Shown here: positions 15,160 to 15,867 of the stretch, piece after piece | How positions within the stretch are numbered: position 1 is the stretch's first letter | Layout of the letters: the number at the start of each line of letters is the position of its first letter | From: Candidatus Krumholzibacteriia bacterium | GTDB lineage: Bacteria > Krumholzibacteriota > Krumholzibacteriia > WVZY01 | Assembly: GCA_036478295.1 (NCBI GenBank) | Contig: JAZGDW010000192.1 | Location: 1-15,867 of the forward strand | DNA length: 15,867 bases | Direction of reading: 5' to 3' | Program-made: the position numbers and the translations under genes | Notes under the pieces: model-generated | What the model was told of the DNA's origin: nothing | Database searches by the model: none | The model's input: only the letters and a program-made list of their open reading frames with translations

Positions 15160-15211
15160 AAGGGCGGGGGAGGCGTACGGCTACCGCCCGTGCATCGTTC
15201 ACAGGAGCGGA

Positions 15212-15867
15212 ATGTTGAAAAAAAGAGTTTTCGGAACCTTGATGTTGCGGGTCGTGATCGCGCCGGCGCTCGTTGTCGGCCTTTCGGCTTGCTCTTCCAA
15301 CCGCAGGCCTGTCGGTGCCGGGGGCGGCGTCTACCCGCCGCAACAGCTCGGGCAGTTCCTGCGGGATACGTCGCCGCCAAGGCAGAGCAACGACTACATC
15401 ATCGCTGTCGGTGACCGCCTGGACGTCGTCTTCTTTTTCGATCGCGACCTGAGTCAGAAAGAGCTGCTGGTCAGAAGCGACGGGCGCATCACCCTGCCCT
15501 ACACGGGCGATGTCATGGCCGCGGGCCGCACGCCGATGCAGCTCGACACGTTGCTGACCCGTCGCTTTGCAGAGATCCTCAAGGAGCCGAATCTTTCGGT
15601 CATCGTGGTAAAGACCACCGACCCTGTGGTGTACGTCCTGGGCGAGGTCCGCGATCCGGGCGGATATCCGTTTAAGCGGGCGGTTTCACTGGTGCAAGCG
15701 CTGGCTCTGGCGGGCGGGCTGAGGGACGGTGCCAAGTCGAACCACGTACTGGTCATTCGCCGCAAGGGACTACAGGGGATCGTCGGCGTGGAGGTGAATG
15801 CCAAGGCCATAATCCAGGGCGAGCAGGTACAGAACGATTTTCTGCTGCGGGATTTCGACATCGTGTA
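15212..15867 (+). CDS. wza: Polysaccharide export outer-membrane lipoprotein (Wza/OPX family), 3'-truncated
   Basis: Translated by hand; absent from the ORF track because there is no stop in the window. MLKKRVFGTLMLRVVIAPALVVGLSAC (lipobox, Cys27), DYIIAVGDRLDVVFF..LLVRSDGRITLPYTGDVMAAGRTPMQL (Poly_export), VYVLGEVRDPGGY..SLVQALALAGGL (SLBB). SD AGGAG at 15203-15207. Confidence 0.92.
   Translation, partial: MLKKRVFGTLMLRVVIAPALVVGLSACSSNRRPVGAGGGVYPPQQLGQFLRDTSPPRQSNDYIIAVGDRLDVVFFFDRDLSQKELLVRSDGRITLPYTGDVMAAGRTPMQLDTLLTRRFAEILKEPNLSVIVVKTTDPVVYVLGEVRDPGGYPFKRAVSLVQALALAGGLRDGAKSNHVLVIRRKGLQGIVGVEVNAKAIIQGEQVQNDFLLRDFDIV

Noticed and set aside
15177..15188. Exact ops core GGCGGTAG (15181-15188) upstream of wza
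   Set aside because: It is on the minus strand. ops must be in the non-template strand of the regulated operon, so it is better explained as one arm of a local hairpin.
15218..15224. A7 run at the start of wza as a phase-variation tract
   Set aside because: Too short, in frame, and explained by the Lys-Lys-Arg n-region of the signal peptide.
1..15867. CRISPR arrays, IS/transposase, integrase or prophage genes
   Set aside because: No regularly spaced repeats, terminal inverted repeats or mobile-element protein motifs were seen.

Overview
GC-rich bacterial (Gram-negative type) cell-envelope region with three parts. (1) 1-11976, + strand: a tightly coupled LPS core/ADP-heptose cluster. It holds the 3' end of an MsbA-like ABC transporter, three GT9 heptosyltransferase-family genes, split HldE kinase and adenylyltransferase genes, a GT2-GT4 fusion, a GT4, a DUF3108-like secreted protein, an uncharacterised deoxyhypusine-synthase-fold protein and an O-antigen ligase-family membrane protein. 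(2) 11864-13759, - strand: a membrane-anchored sulfatase-superfamily enzyme with Thr in place of the formylglycine Cys/Ser motif, overlapping the ligase gene tail-to-tail by 113 bp. (3) 14393 to the end, + strand: the start of a Wzy-type polysaccharide locus, with a small phosphoglycosyl transferase and a wza-like export lipoprotein that the ORF track misses because it is open-ended. The most interesting signals are non-coding. A near-consensus sigma70 promoter (14134-14162) precedes a ~220-nt leader with a long G-U-rich stem, a JUMPstart/ops-like motif, an intrinsic terminator and a possible leader ORF that crosses the terminator. Related GGTA-loop hairpins occur in two other intergenic spaces. 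No tRNA, rRNA, CRISPR or mobile element was seen. All calls come from manual motif reading and hand base-pairing; no searches or folding programs were run.
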